Assembly: GCA_913047725.1 (NCBI GenBank)
Contig: CAJWTH010000001.1
Coordinates: 91-64,090 of the forward strand
Reading direction: 5' to 3'
Source: an uncultured Planktomarina sp.
GTDB lineage: Bacteria; Pseudomonadota; Alphaproteobacteria; Rhodobacterales; Rhodobacteraceae
DNA: 64,000 bases
Position 1 is the first letter of the stretch; every line of letters begins with the position of its first letter. This document shows positions 1 through 13,556 of the stretch, piece by piece. Position numbers and translations under genes: made by a program. The notes below the pieces were generated by a model. That model saw nothing but the letters and a program-made list of their open reading frames with translations, was not told the origin of the DNA and made no database searches.

Positions 1-17
1 CATAAGGACGCTGGCAT

Positions 18-2328
<2,311 letters not shown>

Positions 2329-2329
<1 letters not shown>

Positions 2330-2736
2330 TGGCAGATGAAATGAACTTTGATCTTGTAAGTCCAGAAAGGAGCATAGCTTCATTTATGGCGACGGAGGTT
2401 CAGTTACCAGGTTCAGAGGGAGATATGACGGCTATGCCCAATCACGCTCCCATTCTGACTACACTTCGACCCGGTATTTTGTCGGTCAGTGGAGCGGATG
2501 GAACAACAGAATATGTTGTGACGGGCGGTTTCGCAGAAGTTAAGCCTGATGGCGTAACAGTGCTTGCTGAACGGGCGACTAATAAGTCAAGTTTCACACA
2601 GGAAGACATGGATATTTTGGTTGGAGATGTTAAAGCGCTTCTAGACTTATCTGATGAAACCACAAAAGATTCAGTTAACAAAACATATAATGACGCTTTA
2701 GTTTTGGCTGGAACTCTTGGTTTAAGTGTGGCCTAA
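2329..2736 (+). CDS. atpC: F0F1 ATP synthase epsilon subunit
   Basis: FDLVSPER, HAPILTTLRPG, GGFAEV; start overlaps atpD stop. Confidence 0.96.
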
Positions 2737-2766
2737 ATATCCAAACTAGCCTAAAACTGTAACTTT

Positions 2767-3786
2767 TTACTCGCAATCGTAAATACCTTCATAAATTGCC
2801 GAAAGTGTTTTCGTCGAAAAAAGTGATGAAACAGAAGTGCCGTTCCAAGTATTTAGTATCGCTTGTGCAAACATTGGCGCTGTTGGTACAATACGTATGT
2901 TGGGCGCATTTTTAACTGCATCTGTAGCTTCTATTGTGTCTGTTATTACCAAATTTTTCATGGACGATTTACTAATCCGTTCAACGGCAGGCCCTGACAA
3001 TACCCCGTGGGTTATGTACGAGTGCACCTCTTTGGCCCCATTTTGCAGCAGTACGTCCGCTGCTTTGCAAAGTGTACCCGCTGTATCTACAATATCGTCA
3101 ACTATTAAACAGGTCCGGCCCTTAACATTGCCAATAACTGTCATCTCCGCAATCTCACCAGGTTTCTCACGGCGTTTGTCGACTATCGATAACGGTGCCC
3201 CAACACGCTGTGCCAAGTCGCGAGCTCGGGCTACACCTCCTATGTCGGGTGACACTACTGTGAGATTGTCTATCTGATCTTTAAAATTATGTTTGACGTC
3301 GAGGGCATACACAGGTGATGCATATAGATTATCTACGGGAATATCGAAGAAACCCTGAATCTGGGTTGCGTGTAGATCAAGTGTAAGGATCCTCTCGATC
3401 CCTGCTTTTTCAAGCATATTTGCAACTAGTTTTGCAGTAATTGGCGTTCGTGCCTTGCTGCGGCGGTCTTGCCGCGCATAACCAAAATATGGGATCACAG
3501 CCGTAATTCGGCTAGCAGAAGATCGCTTTAGAGCGTCCGCAATAACTAAGAGTTCCATTAAGGCGTCATTGGCTGGACGAGAAGTTGGTTGGATTATGAA
3601 CATATCTTCACCACGTACATTTTCATAAACCTCAACAAATATTTCACCATCGTTAAATTGTTCTACTCTTGCATCTACCAATTCTAGATTTACACCACGA
3701 TGTAGCGACATACGTCTTGCCACTGATCTTGCTAATGTAAGATTGGAATTGCCCGAAATAAGTTTAGGTTCATCGACAGCGGCCAT
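2767..3786 (-). CDS. prs: Ribose-phosphate pyrophosphokinase
   Basis: [15 protein letters not shown]-binding [21 protein letters not shown]. Confidence 0.98.
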   Translation of the reverse strand: MAAVDEPKLISGNSNLTLARSVARRMSLHRGVNLELVDARVEQFNDGEIFVEVYENVRGEDMFIIQPTSRPANDALMELLVIADALKRSSASRITAVIPYFGYARQDRRSKARTPITAKLVANMLEKAGIERILTLDLHATQIQGFFDIPVDNLYASPVYALDVKHNFKDQIDNLTVVSPDIGGVARARDLAQRVGAPLSIVDKRREKPGEIAEMTVIGNVKGRTCLIVDDIVDTAGTLCKAADVLLQNGAKEVHSYITHGVLSGPAVERISKSSMKNLVITDTIEATDAVKNAPNIRIVPTAPMFAQAILNTWNGTSVSSLFSTKTLSAIYEGIYDCE

Positions 3787-3891
3787 AAGAGTATCCCTCA
3801 GTATGAAAACTTTGGTGTGAGTCGTCCAAAGTTGACAAAGTTTAGCATGACCTTACCACTCGGCACAGGTCTGTTAGGTAGAAAGACAAAA

Positions 3892-4018
3892 ATGATAGCC
3901 TATATTTACTATTTTTTTTGCAATAATTGGTCTTTTTAAATAACTTAATAAAACTTTTACCTAAGCACGTACACGTAAGCATAATTCGGGTGTGAACTAT
4001 TGGTCTTTGAGTTTGATT
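3892..4018 (+). pseudogene. Putative decayed 5' remnant of a 2-hydroxychromene-2-carboxylate isomerase/DsbA-family gene
   Basis: ATG 3892 reads MIAYIYYFF; after a +1 slip in a T8 run it reads AIIGLFK*L-x10-KHNSGVNYWSL. This parallels the recalled family N-terminus MAHIDYYF-ATISPFTYL-x10-KHGATITYKPL. Divergent from prs, as I recall for other roseobacters. Confidence 0.4.
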
Positions 4019-4032
4019 TTAACGGATGGAAT

Positions 4033-5082
4033 TTAACTGCTCAGAATATCCAAGAATTTATTTATATTTTGGTCTGATATGGACCAATCTGTCACTAATC
4101 GTGCTGCCAGCATCTCATTTTTGTCTCCAGTTGTATAATCGCCATCCAGAACATAATATTGTGCTCCTGCTGCATGTAAGCGTTGGTGGCTTGCTCGTGT
4201 CCAATGGGCGAAGACCATATTAGCTGCTGGTTCAAAGTCGAGCTGGACCTCTGAGTTTTCCTTTAATCCTTTTACTAATTTAGCACAGGATTGATTGGCT
4301 TTTTGGGCTAGGTCCAACCACAGATCATCATCTAAATATGCCTGCATTTGTGCTGCTAAGTATCGATGTTTTGAGAAAAGATGAGCGCCCCGTTTGCGTC
4401 GAAGTTCAAATTCCCAAGCATATTTTGGATCAAAAAAAATGACTGCTTCTACTGCCATCAATCCATTCTTTGTCCCGCCAAAAGTTACTGCGTCGACACC
4501 AGACTTCCACGTCATCTCAGCTGCTGAACACCCTAGAGTTTGCAGTGCATTAGCAAAACGGGCCCCATCCATGTGCAAAGGTACTTCAAATTCTTTGGCC
4601 ACAGCAGAAATACTTTGGATTTCTTCAAGGCTATAAACAGTTCCTCGTTCCGTGATTTGAGTCAGGGAGATTGGCCCGCGTTGTGGTCCGTGGGGACCAC
4701 GATTTTCTTCTTCTAAAATTGTGTTGCGTAAACTTTTTGCGTTCATCTTTGCATTTGCGCCAGATACTAAAGTCAGTTTAGCGCCTCCAGAATAAAATTC
4801 AGGTGCGTTGCACTCATCTTTATGGATATGCGCCAATGTATGACAAAAAATCGTTTCCCATGGCTGTGTCAGCGTTGCCAGAGTTATGGAGTTCGCTGCT
4901 GTTCCAAGCGCAGTTAAAAATACTGCCGCGTTAGGTGCGTCAAATAGATTTCGAATATCCTGCAGGGTCTGCGTTGTAAGATCATCTTTGCCATATGGTA
5001 GCGCGTAGCCAGTATTAGCGTTAATTAAAGCGTCCATTACTTTAGGGTGAACTGGCCCAGAGTTGTCAGATGCAAAATTCAT
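4033..5082 (-). CDS. ltaE: Low-specificity L-threonine aldolase (PLP)
   Basis: MNFASDN start, HMDGARFANA, GGTKNG with PLP lysine. Confidence 0.9.
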   Translation of the reverse strand: MNFASDNSGPVHPKVMDALINANTGYALPYGKDDLTTQTLQDIRNLFDAPNAAVFLTALGTAANSITLATLTQPWETIFCHTLAHIHKDECNAPEFYSGGAKLTLVSGANAKMNAKSLRNTILEEENRGPHGPQRGPISLTQITERGTVYSLEEIQSISAVAKEFEVPLHMDGARFANALQTLGCSAAEMTWKSGVDAVTFGGTKNGLMAVEAVIFFDPKYAWEFELRRKRGAHLFSKHRYLAAQMQAYLDDDLWLDLAQKANQSCAKLVKGLKENSEVQLDFEPAANMVFAHWTRASHQRLHAAGAQYYVLDGDYTTGDKNEMLAARLVTDWSISDQNINKFLDILSS

Positions 5083-5085
5083 TTT

Positions 5086-5550
5086 TTATTTTTCAACAAT
5101 ATGGTCTTCCCACTCATCTTCAGGCACCTCAAACTCTGGTATGCTCCAGCCTTGAACAGAGATACCAGCGGCGTGTACCGATTGTTCTGTACCAGTCCGC
5201 AATGGATGCCACTCTGGTAGTTTTTTCCCCTCATGCAGTAGCTTGTATGCGCATGTATTAGGCAACCAATAAGCATGTTTTGCGATTGTTTCCGAGGTCA
5301 TACGGATGCATTCTGGCACGAATTGATGCCTAATGTCATACTGCGCGCAGCGACAACTCTCATTATCCAAAAGACGGCACGCAATTCGTGTGAGTGCCAC
5401 ATGTCCAGTATCTGGGTCTTCCAACTTATTTAAACAGCAGCGACCGCAACCGTCACACAGCGCCTCCCACTCATCGTCAGTCATTTTATTAAGAGGAACG
5501 CTTTCCCAAAAAGTTGGGCGGAGTTTCTTTTGAGAAGTAGTTTCCGTCAT
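5086..5550 (-). CDS. ycgN: YcgN family cysteine-cluster protein (UPF0260)
   Basis: EWEALCDGCGRCCL, WLPNTCAY, WHPL motifs. Confidence 0.88.
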   Translation of the reverse strand: MTETTSQKKLRPTFWESVPLNKMTDDEWEALCDGCGRCCLNKLEDPDTGHVALTRIACRLLDNESCRCAQYDIRHQFVPECIRMTSETIAKHAYWLPNTCAYKLLHEGKKLPEWHPLRTGTEQSVHAAGISVQGWSIPEFEVPEDEWEDHIVEK

Positions 5551-6494
5551 AGCTTTTCCAAAATTTCGCGAGCACTCAAACAGTCTGACCCCATTTGAGT
5601 TATCAGGCTATCAATTCCGTCAAAGTTTTCCTCATCTCTGAGGTATTCTATGAGACCCACTGAGACCGTCTCGCCATAGAGGTCCCCGTCAAAGTCAAAT
5701 ATGAAAGTTTCAAAGTTTGGTTTGTTTTGCCCAAACATAGGTCGAACACCAATTGAAGCAACACCTTTATAGTGGCCAGCGTGTGGACCGGTTAGAATAT
5801 CTGTGATGACGGCATAAACTCCAAAAGCAGGGACCTGCAAGCCGTCTATAGCTATATTTATGGTAGGATAGCCCAGCTTACGGCCGCGTTTCTCACCATG
5901 CTCTACTGTGCCTTCAATTCTATGCCAATGTCCAAGCATAGCCGCTGCTTTTTTGGGGTTTGCTTCGGCTAGCGCTTTTCGGATATTTGTTGAACTTATT
6001 ACATGTTCTCCATGATTTTTTAACTCAGCAATAGTAATTCCAAAGCCGAGTTGTGCGGCGTGTCTACTCAGGCTTAGTGCGTTTCCTTGCCTTCCCCTAC
6101 CAAAGCAAAAGTCAGACCCAACAACGACATGTGAAAGGCCAAAAGCATCAGTCAAAATTTTCTGAGAAAAGTCCCAATCACTAAGTTCACAAAGCTCTTG
6201 ATTAAACGGGATCTCCAATATTAAATCAACACCAAGCTTTTCTAGTCGATGAAAGCGGGCACTAGCATTTAGTAATCTAAAAGGTGGTAAGTCTTTACCG
6301 TGCTTTTTTGAAAAAAAAGTTCTTGGATGAGGCTCAAAAGTCAAAATGCCTAATGGAGTATTATTTTTTTTAGCCTGTTTCCGAGCAACATCAATAATGG
6401 CTTGATGGCCAAGGTGAACGCCATCAAAATTGCCAATAGCTACGGATGCACCACGTGCATCTTTAGGGATATTGCGCGTTTGAAATTGCCTCAT
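5547..6494 (-). CDS. ribF: Bifunctional riboflavin kinase/FAD synthetase
   Basis: GNFDGVHLGH, SSTNIR, GRKLGYPTIN. Confidence 0.97.
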   Translation of the reverse strand: MRQFQTRNIPKDARGASVAIGNFDGVHLGHQAIIDVARKQAKKNNTPLGILTFEPHPRTFFSKKHGKDLPPFRLLNASARFHRLEKLGVDLILEIPFNQELCELSDWDFSQKILTDAFGLSHVVVGSDFCFGRGRQGNALSLSRHAAQLGFGITIAELKNHGEHVISSTNIRKALAEANPKKAAAMLGHWHRIEGTVEHGEKRGRKLGYPTINIAIDGLQVPAFGVYAVITDILTGPHAGHYKGVASIGVRPMFGQNKPNFETFIFDFDGDLYGETVSVGLIEYLRDEENFDGIDSLITQMGSDCLSAREILEKL

Positions 6495-6565
6495 GAATTT
6501 CCCCTACCTCGATGAATTGTTTAGGGCAAGGATTGTACCGTAAAAGTCAGGTTTTATATTATTTT

Positions 6566-7009
6566 TTAGTCAAATTTCCGTGACGGCGCTAGGACCGTTG
6601 CCTCCCCCACTAATACTTTCTTTTGATCAACTAAACAGCATGTACTTAACTTTACTTGACGGCGACTGAGATCTATCTCCACCACTTCAACATGGGCTGT
6701 AACTTGGTCGCCTGGTCTTACGGGGCCTAGAAACTTAAGTGTTTGCCCAAGATAGACGGTTCCATGGCCTGGTAGTTGCTCACCAATCACTGCTGAAATC
6801 AAACCTGCAGTGAGCATGCCGTGGGCAATCCGGCCTCCAAAAATTGTTTCATTAGCATAATCTTCATTGAGATGTACCGGATTGTGATCGGTAGACACTT
6901 CGGCAAACATCTCTATGTCGCGATCTGTAATAGTTTTCTGTAAATGGCGGCTCATTCCAACTTCAATGTCTTCGATACAGATGGTACCGCGAAGCATATT
7001 GTCTAACAT
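6566..7009 (-). CDS. MaoC-family (R)-specific enoyl-CoA hydratase (PhaJ-like)
   Basis: FAEVSTDHNPVH hydratase motif, IAHGML, FLGPVRPGD. Confidence 0.88.
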   Translation of the reverse strand: MLDNMLRGTICIEDIEVGMSRHLQKTITDRDIEMFAEVSTDHNPVHLNEDYANETIFGGRIAHGMLTAGLISAVIGEQLPGHGTVYLGQTLKFLGPVRPGDQVTAHVEVVEIDLSRRQVKLSTCCLVDQKKVLVGEATVLAPSRKFD

Positions 7010-7092
7010 TTTGCACCTCAGGGTAATAACTGCAACACAAGGAAGCTACACACGCAACTTTATTACCTTAAGCCTGCAAACATCAAGTGTCG

Positions 7093-7965
7093 TCAACGTA
7101 ATTTTCCTATTGAATACGTAGGGTCAGCCACATTATCCTTTAAATAGGTTGCCAAAGCCTGAGGATTTGGCTGTTTTAGAGTTTGAGTTGGGCTTGCGGC
7201 CAGGCCACCTGTAATAAAAAGCGAATCAAAGTTTTCCGCTGCAGCACCCAAAATATCGGTTAAAACTCCATCCCCAACACACAATATCCGGTCATTTGAG
7301 ACTATTTTTTCTAGACCGCCCAACAGATTGCGGGCTAAGGCGTAAATTGGTGGATGGGGTTTGCCAAAATAAATGCTTTTGCCTCCCATCTCCGTGTAAA
7401 GTTTGGCTACAGCACCAGCACACCACTCTCGGCTTTCGCCTCGGTCCACTACGATATCTGGGTTAGCGCAGAGAAGCTTCAAGCCTTTTGCTTTAGCTAT
7501 TAATAACTGCGGCTTAATTTCGTCTAAATTTGCCAGAGGATTGAAGGGTCCACAACATATAATCCCTTCTGCTTGCTCAATATTGACCTGGGTTATTTTG
7601 TTTGAATTCAAATAGATATTTGGTGGGCTAAAAAAGGATTGGTCATGTGGTTGACCCAAGAAATACACTTTACGACCCACAACTCCACTGTACATCGCTT
7701 CTCTGGCGCTATCGCCAGATGTTGCAATTCTGTCGTAGAAACTTTCTGCTATGCCAATCTGCAGCAACTGTTCTTGTAAATCGGTATATGGTCGTGGTGA
7801 GTTGGTCACTAAAATTATTGATCCACCTTTTTGTCTAAAAGTCTGCATTGCAGCTAAGGCCTCATCGAAGGGTTTTATTCCATCATGTACACAGCCCCAT
7901 AGATCACAAAATAGGGCATCATAACGCTCAGATATGTCTGCAAGTGAATTAATGATCTGTGTCAC
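7093..7965 (-). CDS. HAD-superfamily class IIA hydrolase (TIGR01459-like)
   Basis: DLWGCVHDG motif I, CANPD, GKPH, VGDGVLTDI. Confidence 0.9.
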   Translation of the reverse strand: MTQIINSLADISERYDALFCDLWGCVHDGIKPFDEALAAMQTFRQKGGSIILVTNSPRPYTDLQEQLLQIGIAESFYDRIATSGDSAREAMYSGVVGRKVYFLGQPHDQSFFSPPNIYLNSNKITQVNIEQAEGIICCGPFNPLANLDEIKPQLLIAKAKGLKLLCANPDIVVDRGESREWCAGAVAKLYTEMGGKSIYFGKPHPPIYALARNLLGGLEKIVSNDRILCVGDGVLTDILGAAAENFDSLFITGGLAASPTQTLKQPNPQALATYLKDNVADPTYSIGKLR

Positions 7966-7986
7966 GCGTTGTCCTTCGTGAAAGCG

Positions 7987-8904
7987 TTATAATTTGAGAT
8001 TAGGGATTATTTGCTTCTTGCGGCTCATAACACCGGCAAGTTTAACCGTATCGCCAGTCACTGAAACTCCAAATGACTTTTCAGCTACGGATTTACAGAT
8101 GGCATTGGGAATAAGCATGGTCGCCTCAGCATTCAGGATGTCTACAACAAACAAGAGTACCTGATCTACACCGTCTTTCCTTGCAACTTCAGGCATACTC
8201 GCCATAAGCCCTACTTTGCGATCCATAACTGTTTTGGGGGATGTGGTCTCTAACACTGAGATTCTAAATTTATTATTGGCGACTGTGTATTCCTTGCTAT
8301 CCATTCTCAGCAAATCTTCGTCTGAAAATGAGGTCAAATCTGATTTGGCAGCGAACATTTGAGCTGCATATGTAGGGATTGAGATATCTAATTCTTTACC
8401 TAAGTTTTCTGCTAAAATACGATCTTTTTCAGTTGTGGTCGGGCTGCGAAATTCCAGCGTATCTGAAAGGATACACGACAGCATAATTCCCTTCATTCTA
8501 TTGGGCAGTTTTTTTGTATTTTCACCCATTAAGTCATGCATGATAGTTGCTGTACAAGCTAGAGGTCTTATCGTAATTTCGATCGGTCCTCGGGTTTCCA
8601 AACCGCCCACCAGCTTGTGATGATCAATCAGGGCTTGAATATCGGCATTGTTTATATTGTCTGGCAACTCGGCAGGATTATTAGTATCAACTATGATTAC
8701 AGGCTCGCCGTCATCTACATCTATAATTATTTCAGGGGTTTCTATTCCCCAGTGACTTAGAACAAAGTTTGCTTCTGTATTGGGTGTGCCAAGTAGAACA
8801 GCTTTTGCGGGTTGGCCTTTAACCTCATTGAGATACCAAGCCCAAATGATGGCGCTTCCAGCCGTATCAGTGTCTGGGGCTTTATGGCCAAATACTTTAA
8901 TCAT
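7987..8904 (-). CDS. ppaC: Manganese-dependent (family II) inorganic pyrophosphatase
   Basis: VFGHKAPDTD, DHH motif, C-terminal SRKKQI; start moved to ATG 8904 (MIKVFGH) to remove overlap with the next gene. Confidence 0.95.
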   Translation of the reverse strand: MIKVFGHKAPDTDTAGSAIIWAWYLNEVKGQPAKAVLLGTPNTEANFVLSHWGIETPEIIIDVDDGEPVIIVDTNNPAELPDNINNADIQALIDHHKLVGGLETRGPIEITIRPLACTATIMHDLMGENTKKLPNRMKGIMLSCILSDTLEFRSPTTTEKDRILAENLGKELDISIPTYAAQMFAAKSDLTSFSDEDLLRMDSKEYTVANNKFRISVLETTSPKTVMDRKVGLMASMPEVARKDGVDQVLLFVVDILNAEATMLIPNAICKSVAEKSFGVSVTGDTVKLAGVMSRKKQIIPNLKL

Positions 8905-9012
8905 AGAGTAAACCTTTGATAGAAACAAATTTAGGCTCTTATATGCAGCAAAATAACTAATGTCACCCAGACAAAATTGGACGTTTGCACTTATTTGTGG
9001 CAACCAAGACCC

Positions 9013-9678
9013 ATGCGAGAAAGTGATTTGTACGAACCTATTAAGCGCCATTTCCAAAATTTAGGATATGTGGTGAAGGGTGAGGTTGGGGCCGCTGATG
9101 TAATGGCTGTTCGCGGTAATGAGCCGGCTATAATTATCGAGTTGAAGTTGGGTTTTTCCTTGACACTGTTCCATCAAGCAACTGAACGCCTTCGGATGAG
9201 TGATCACGTATATGTAGCGGTTGTTAGGCCCGAAGGGAAGTTTGGGTATAAGCGCCTTAAATTAAATCAAAATCTATGTCGCCGATTGGGTTTGGGCCTT
9301 TTGACCCTTCGAGTTCGTGATCAATTTGTAGAATTACATTGCATGCCTGAGCAATACAATCCTCGAAAATCAGCAAAAAAATCTAAGCAAATTATGAAAT
9401 TGTTTGAACGCTTAGACGGTGACCCAAACTCAGGCGGTGCGACCCGGCACGGCCTAGTAACTGGATACCGGCAAGACGCCCTGAAGTGTGCAACTTTCTT
9501 AGCTATTTCAGGTGCTAGTAAAGGGGCAGTTGTTGCAAAAGAAACTGGGGTAGAGTCCGCAACTTCGCTGATGCGAAATAATGTGTACGGGTGGTTTGAT
9601 AAGGTTGAGCAAGGTGTCTACGCGCTTAACTCGACTGGAAAGAAAGGTCTAACCGACTGGGCTGACGTAATAAATTAA
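9013..9678 (+). CDS. DUF2161-family putative PD-(D/E)XK protein
   Basis: MRESDLY..GYVVKGEV..ADVMA..IIELK; C-terminal NVYGWF; start at ATG 9013. Confidence 0.75.
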   Translation: MRESDLYEPIKRHFQNLGYVVKGEVGAADVMAVRGNEPAIIIELKLGFSLTLFHQATERLRMSDHVYVAVVRPEGKFGYKRLKLNQNLCRRLGLGLLTLRVRDQFVELHCMPEQYNPRKSAKKSKQIMKLFERLDGDPNSGGATRHGLVTGYRQDALKCATFLAISGASKGAVVAKETGVESATSLMRNNVYGWFDKVEQGVYALNSTGKKGLTDWADVIN

Positions 9679-9725
9679 GATATTTCAAAGTTTATTAAAA
9701 ATTTAATTTTTTTTATGCATAGCCG

Positions 9726-9753
9726 TTGACACTGGCAGGTGTGTTACCTATCT
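9726..9753 (+). promoter_or_regulatory. Candidate RpoH-type heat-shock promoter of groESL
   Basis: TTG(ACA) at 9726, 18-nt spacer, CCTATCT at 9747-9753; fits the alphaproteobacterial RpoH consensus. Confidence 0.65.
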
Positions 9754-9761
9754 ACCATTCG

Positions 9762-9788
9762 TTGGCACTCGGCCTTGTTGAGTGCCAA
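9762..9788. promoter_or_regulatory. CIRCE element (HrcA operator), symmetric variant
   Basis: TTGGCACTC-N9-GAGTGCCAA perfect inverted repeat between the promoter and groES. Confidence 0.92.
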
Positions 9789-9825
9789 ATTAAGATTAAC
9801 TTTGAGCCAGCTAGGAGCTACAAAG

Positions 9826-10113
9826 ATGGCATTTACCCCTCTGCATGACCGCGTTCTTGTTGAACGTGTTGAAGGCGACGAAAAAACTGCGGGTGGTCTA
9901 ATCATCCCAGACAGCGCAAAAGAAAAACCAGCTGAAGGCATGATTGTCTCTGTTGGAGCAGGTTTGCGTGACGATGGTGGCGAACGGATTGCCATGGACG
10001 TCAAAAAAGGTGACAAAATCCTGTTTGGAAAATGGTCCGGAACGGAAGTCACTGTCGATGGCAAAGAGCTATTGATCATGAAGGAAAACGATATCCTAGG
10101 TGTAATTTCTTAA
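9826..10113 (+). CDS. groES: Co-chaperonin GroES
   Basis: [23 protein letters not shown]; RBS AGGAG before ATG 9826. Confidence 0.98.
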   Translation: MAFTPLHDRVLVERVEGDEKTAGGLIIPDSAKEKPAEGMIVSVGAGLRDDGGERIAMDVKKGDKILFGKWSGTEVTVDGKELLIMKENDILGVIS

Positions 10114-10153
10114 AACCTAAGGCATTCACTTGAAACTGAAATTTTTTTTATAG

Positions 10154-11821
<1,668 letters not shown>

Positions 11822-11852
11822 TTTCGTCAACCAGATATCCACTTAAAATTAG

Positions 11853-11881
11853 GGCCCACGTTACCACGTGGGCCTTTTTTT
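11853..11881 (+). terminator. Rho-independent terminator of groESL
   Basis: GGCCCACGT-tacc-ACGTGGGCC followed by T7. Confidence 0.9.
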
Positions 11882-11933
11882 AATTCTTTTCTCTTTGTTC
11901 TAAATTAAAGAATTGTTAATACATAAACACAGT

Positions 11934-12761
11934 ATGCGATTAACTATTTTAACATTAACAGCACTTGTAGCGTTCGCTGCTAATTCTTTTATCAGTCGGT
12001 GGGCATTGCTAGATGCCAGCACTGGCCCCATTTCTTTTTCCTTATTACGACTTTGTTCTGGCGCCTTACTGCTCTGGGTCCTGGTTGCCAGCCGCGCAAA
12101 TGTTTGGCGGCCTGTTCTTAAACCAATATCTGCAATTGCCTTATTTGTTTATGCCACTAGTTTTTCTGTGGCTTATGTGTCTTTAGATGCCGGCTTAGGA
12201 GCTTTAGTGCTATTTGGTGGAGTTCAGCTAACTATGTTTCTTCTCGCTCTTTTGTGGCGTGAAGAAATAGATTTATTTCGTATTCTGGGTGCGATGATTT
12301 CATTCTTGGGGCTCTGTCTTTTACTACTTCCTAATGGGACACTGGATTTGAATTTTTATTCATTGACCTTAATGCTACTCGCAGCCATTGGATGGGGCCT
12401 TTATACGTTTATTGGGCATAGTTCTTCTGATCCGTTATTGGAGACCGCACAGAACTTTGTTTGGGCTACTCCCTTGGCAGTTTTAATGTATGTAATTATG
12501 CCAGATGAACTGGACGCAAAGGGAGCAATTTTAGCCATGTTTTCAGGAGCCGTCACCTCGGGTATCGGGTATGCGGTTTGGTACGCGGTTCTACCACGTT
12601 TCCAATCAACTACTGCTGCAATTTTACAGTTATCTGTGCCGCTTATTGCCGCTTTACTAGGTTACTTATTCTTAGCAGAGGTGTTAACTTGGCGACTGGG
12701 TTTTGCCGCGGGTTTGGTTTTCTTGGGAACTATCGTTGCGTTGCGTCAGCGTCGCCGATGA
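11934..12761 (+). CDS. DMT/EamA-family membrane transporter
   Basis: About 10 hydrophobic segments, AFAANS, GAVTSGIGYAVWY; ATG 11934 preferred. Confidence 0.85.
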   Translation: MRLTILTLTALVAFAANSFISRWALLDASTGPISFSLLRLCSGALLLWVLVASRANVWRPVLKPISAIALFVYATSFSVAYVSLDAGLGALVLFGGVQLTMFLLALLWREEIDLFRILGAMISFLGLCLLLLPNGTLDLNFYSLTLMLLAAIGWGLYTFIGHSSSDPLLETAQNFVWATPLAVLMYVIMPDELDAKGAILAMFSGAVTSGIGYAVWYAVLPRFQSTTAAILQLSVPLIAALLGYLFLAEVLTWRLGFAAGLVFLGTIVALRQRRR

Positions 12762-12797
12762 CCTTTCAATTACTCAAATAGCTAATATAATGAAGAT

Positions 12798-13556
12798 ATG
12801 CTGCGGGCGTTATTGATAATATGGGCTATATCGTGTTCTAGCCAAGCCTTTTCTAAAGACTGTGTCATTTTATTGCATGGGTTGGCTCGTACTGAGTCAT
12901 CCTTTTTAATTATGAAGCGTAGTTTAAAAGCGCAAAGTTATCACGTGGTGAATCCTAGCTATCCGTCACGATTTAAATCGATTGAAGAACTGGCCCGCGA
13001 TACCATACCACAGGCAATAAACTCCTGTGGGGATCGGCGAGTACACTTTGTTACCCACTCACTTGGAGGCATTATGGTTAGGGCCTACTTAGCCTCTAAC
13101 AAACTTAAAAATTTAGGTCATGTTGTTATGCTTGGCCCACCAAATAAAGGCTCAGAAATTGTTGATGCTACGCGTGAGTTCTTAGGATTTAACTGGATTA
13201 ACGGCCCCGCTGGACGGGAACTGAGCACTGACAGGGTTGGTATGCCAAACCAGTTACCACCTGTGTCCTTTTCGGTAGGAGTAGTGGCTGGCAGTTTGAG
13301 CTTTAATCCAATTTACTCAAACGTAATTAATGGTCCTGATGATGGTAAAGTTTCTGTTTTTAGCACACGGGTGGAAGGCATGCGCGACCATCTTACACTT
13401 CCCGTTACCCATACATTTATGATGAATAACCCTTTAGTCATCGCGCAGGTGAAAAACTATCTTGAGTTAGGACGCTTTGACCACTCTCTAACATTTGCCA
13501 ACGCTAGTTGGTTGGCTTTGTCAAAGGTCCTTGGTCGTTATGAACGAAGACGTTAG
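12798..13556 (+). CDS. Secreted alpha/beta hydrolase (lipase/esterase-like)
   Basis: Signal-peptide-like N-terminus, LLHGL oxyanion, THSLGG nucleophile, DDGKV, HTFM. Confidence 0.8.
   Translation: MLRALLIIWAISCSSQAFSKDCVILLHGLARTESSFLIMKRSLKAQSYHVVNPSYPSRFKSIEELARDTIPQAINSCGDRRVHFVTHSLGGIMVRAYLASNKLKNLGHVVMLGPPNKGSEIVDATREFLGFNWINGPAGRELSTDRVGMPNQLPPVSFSVGVVAGSLSFNPIYSNVINGPDDGKVSVFSTRVEGMRDHLTLPVTHTFMMNNPLVIAQVKNYLELGRFDHSLTFANASWLALSKVLGRYERRR

Noticed and set aside
8905-9057. N-terminal extensions given by the ORF track for ppaC (similarly groES, trxB, ybjN, paaZ, hmgA)
   Set aside because: They overlap neighbouring genes or regulatory sites; downstream starts match the family N-termini and, for several, have an RBS.
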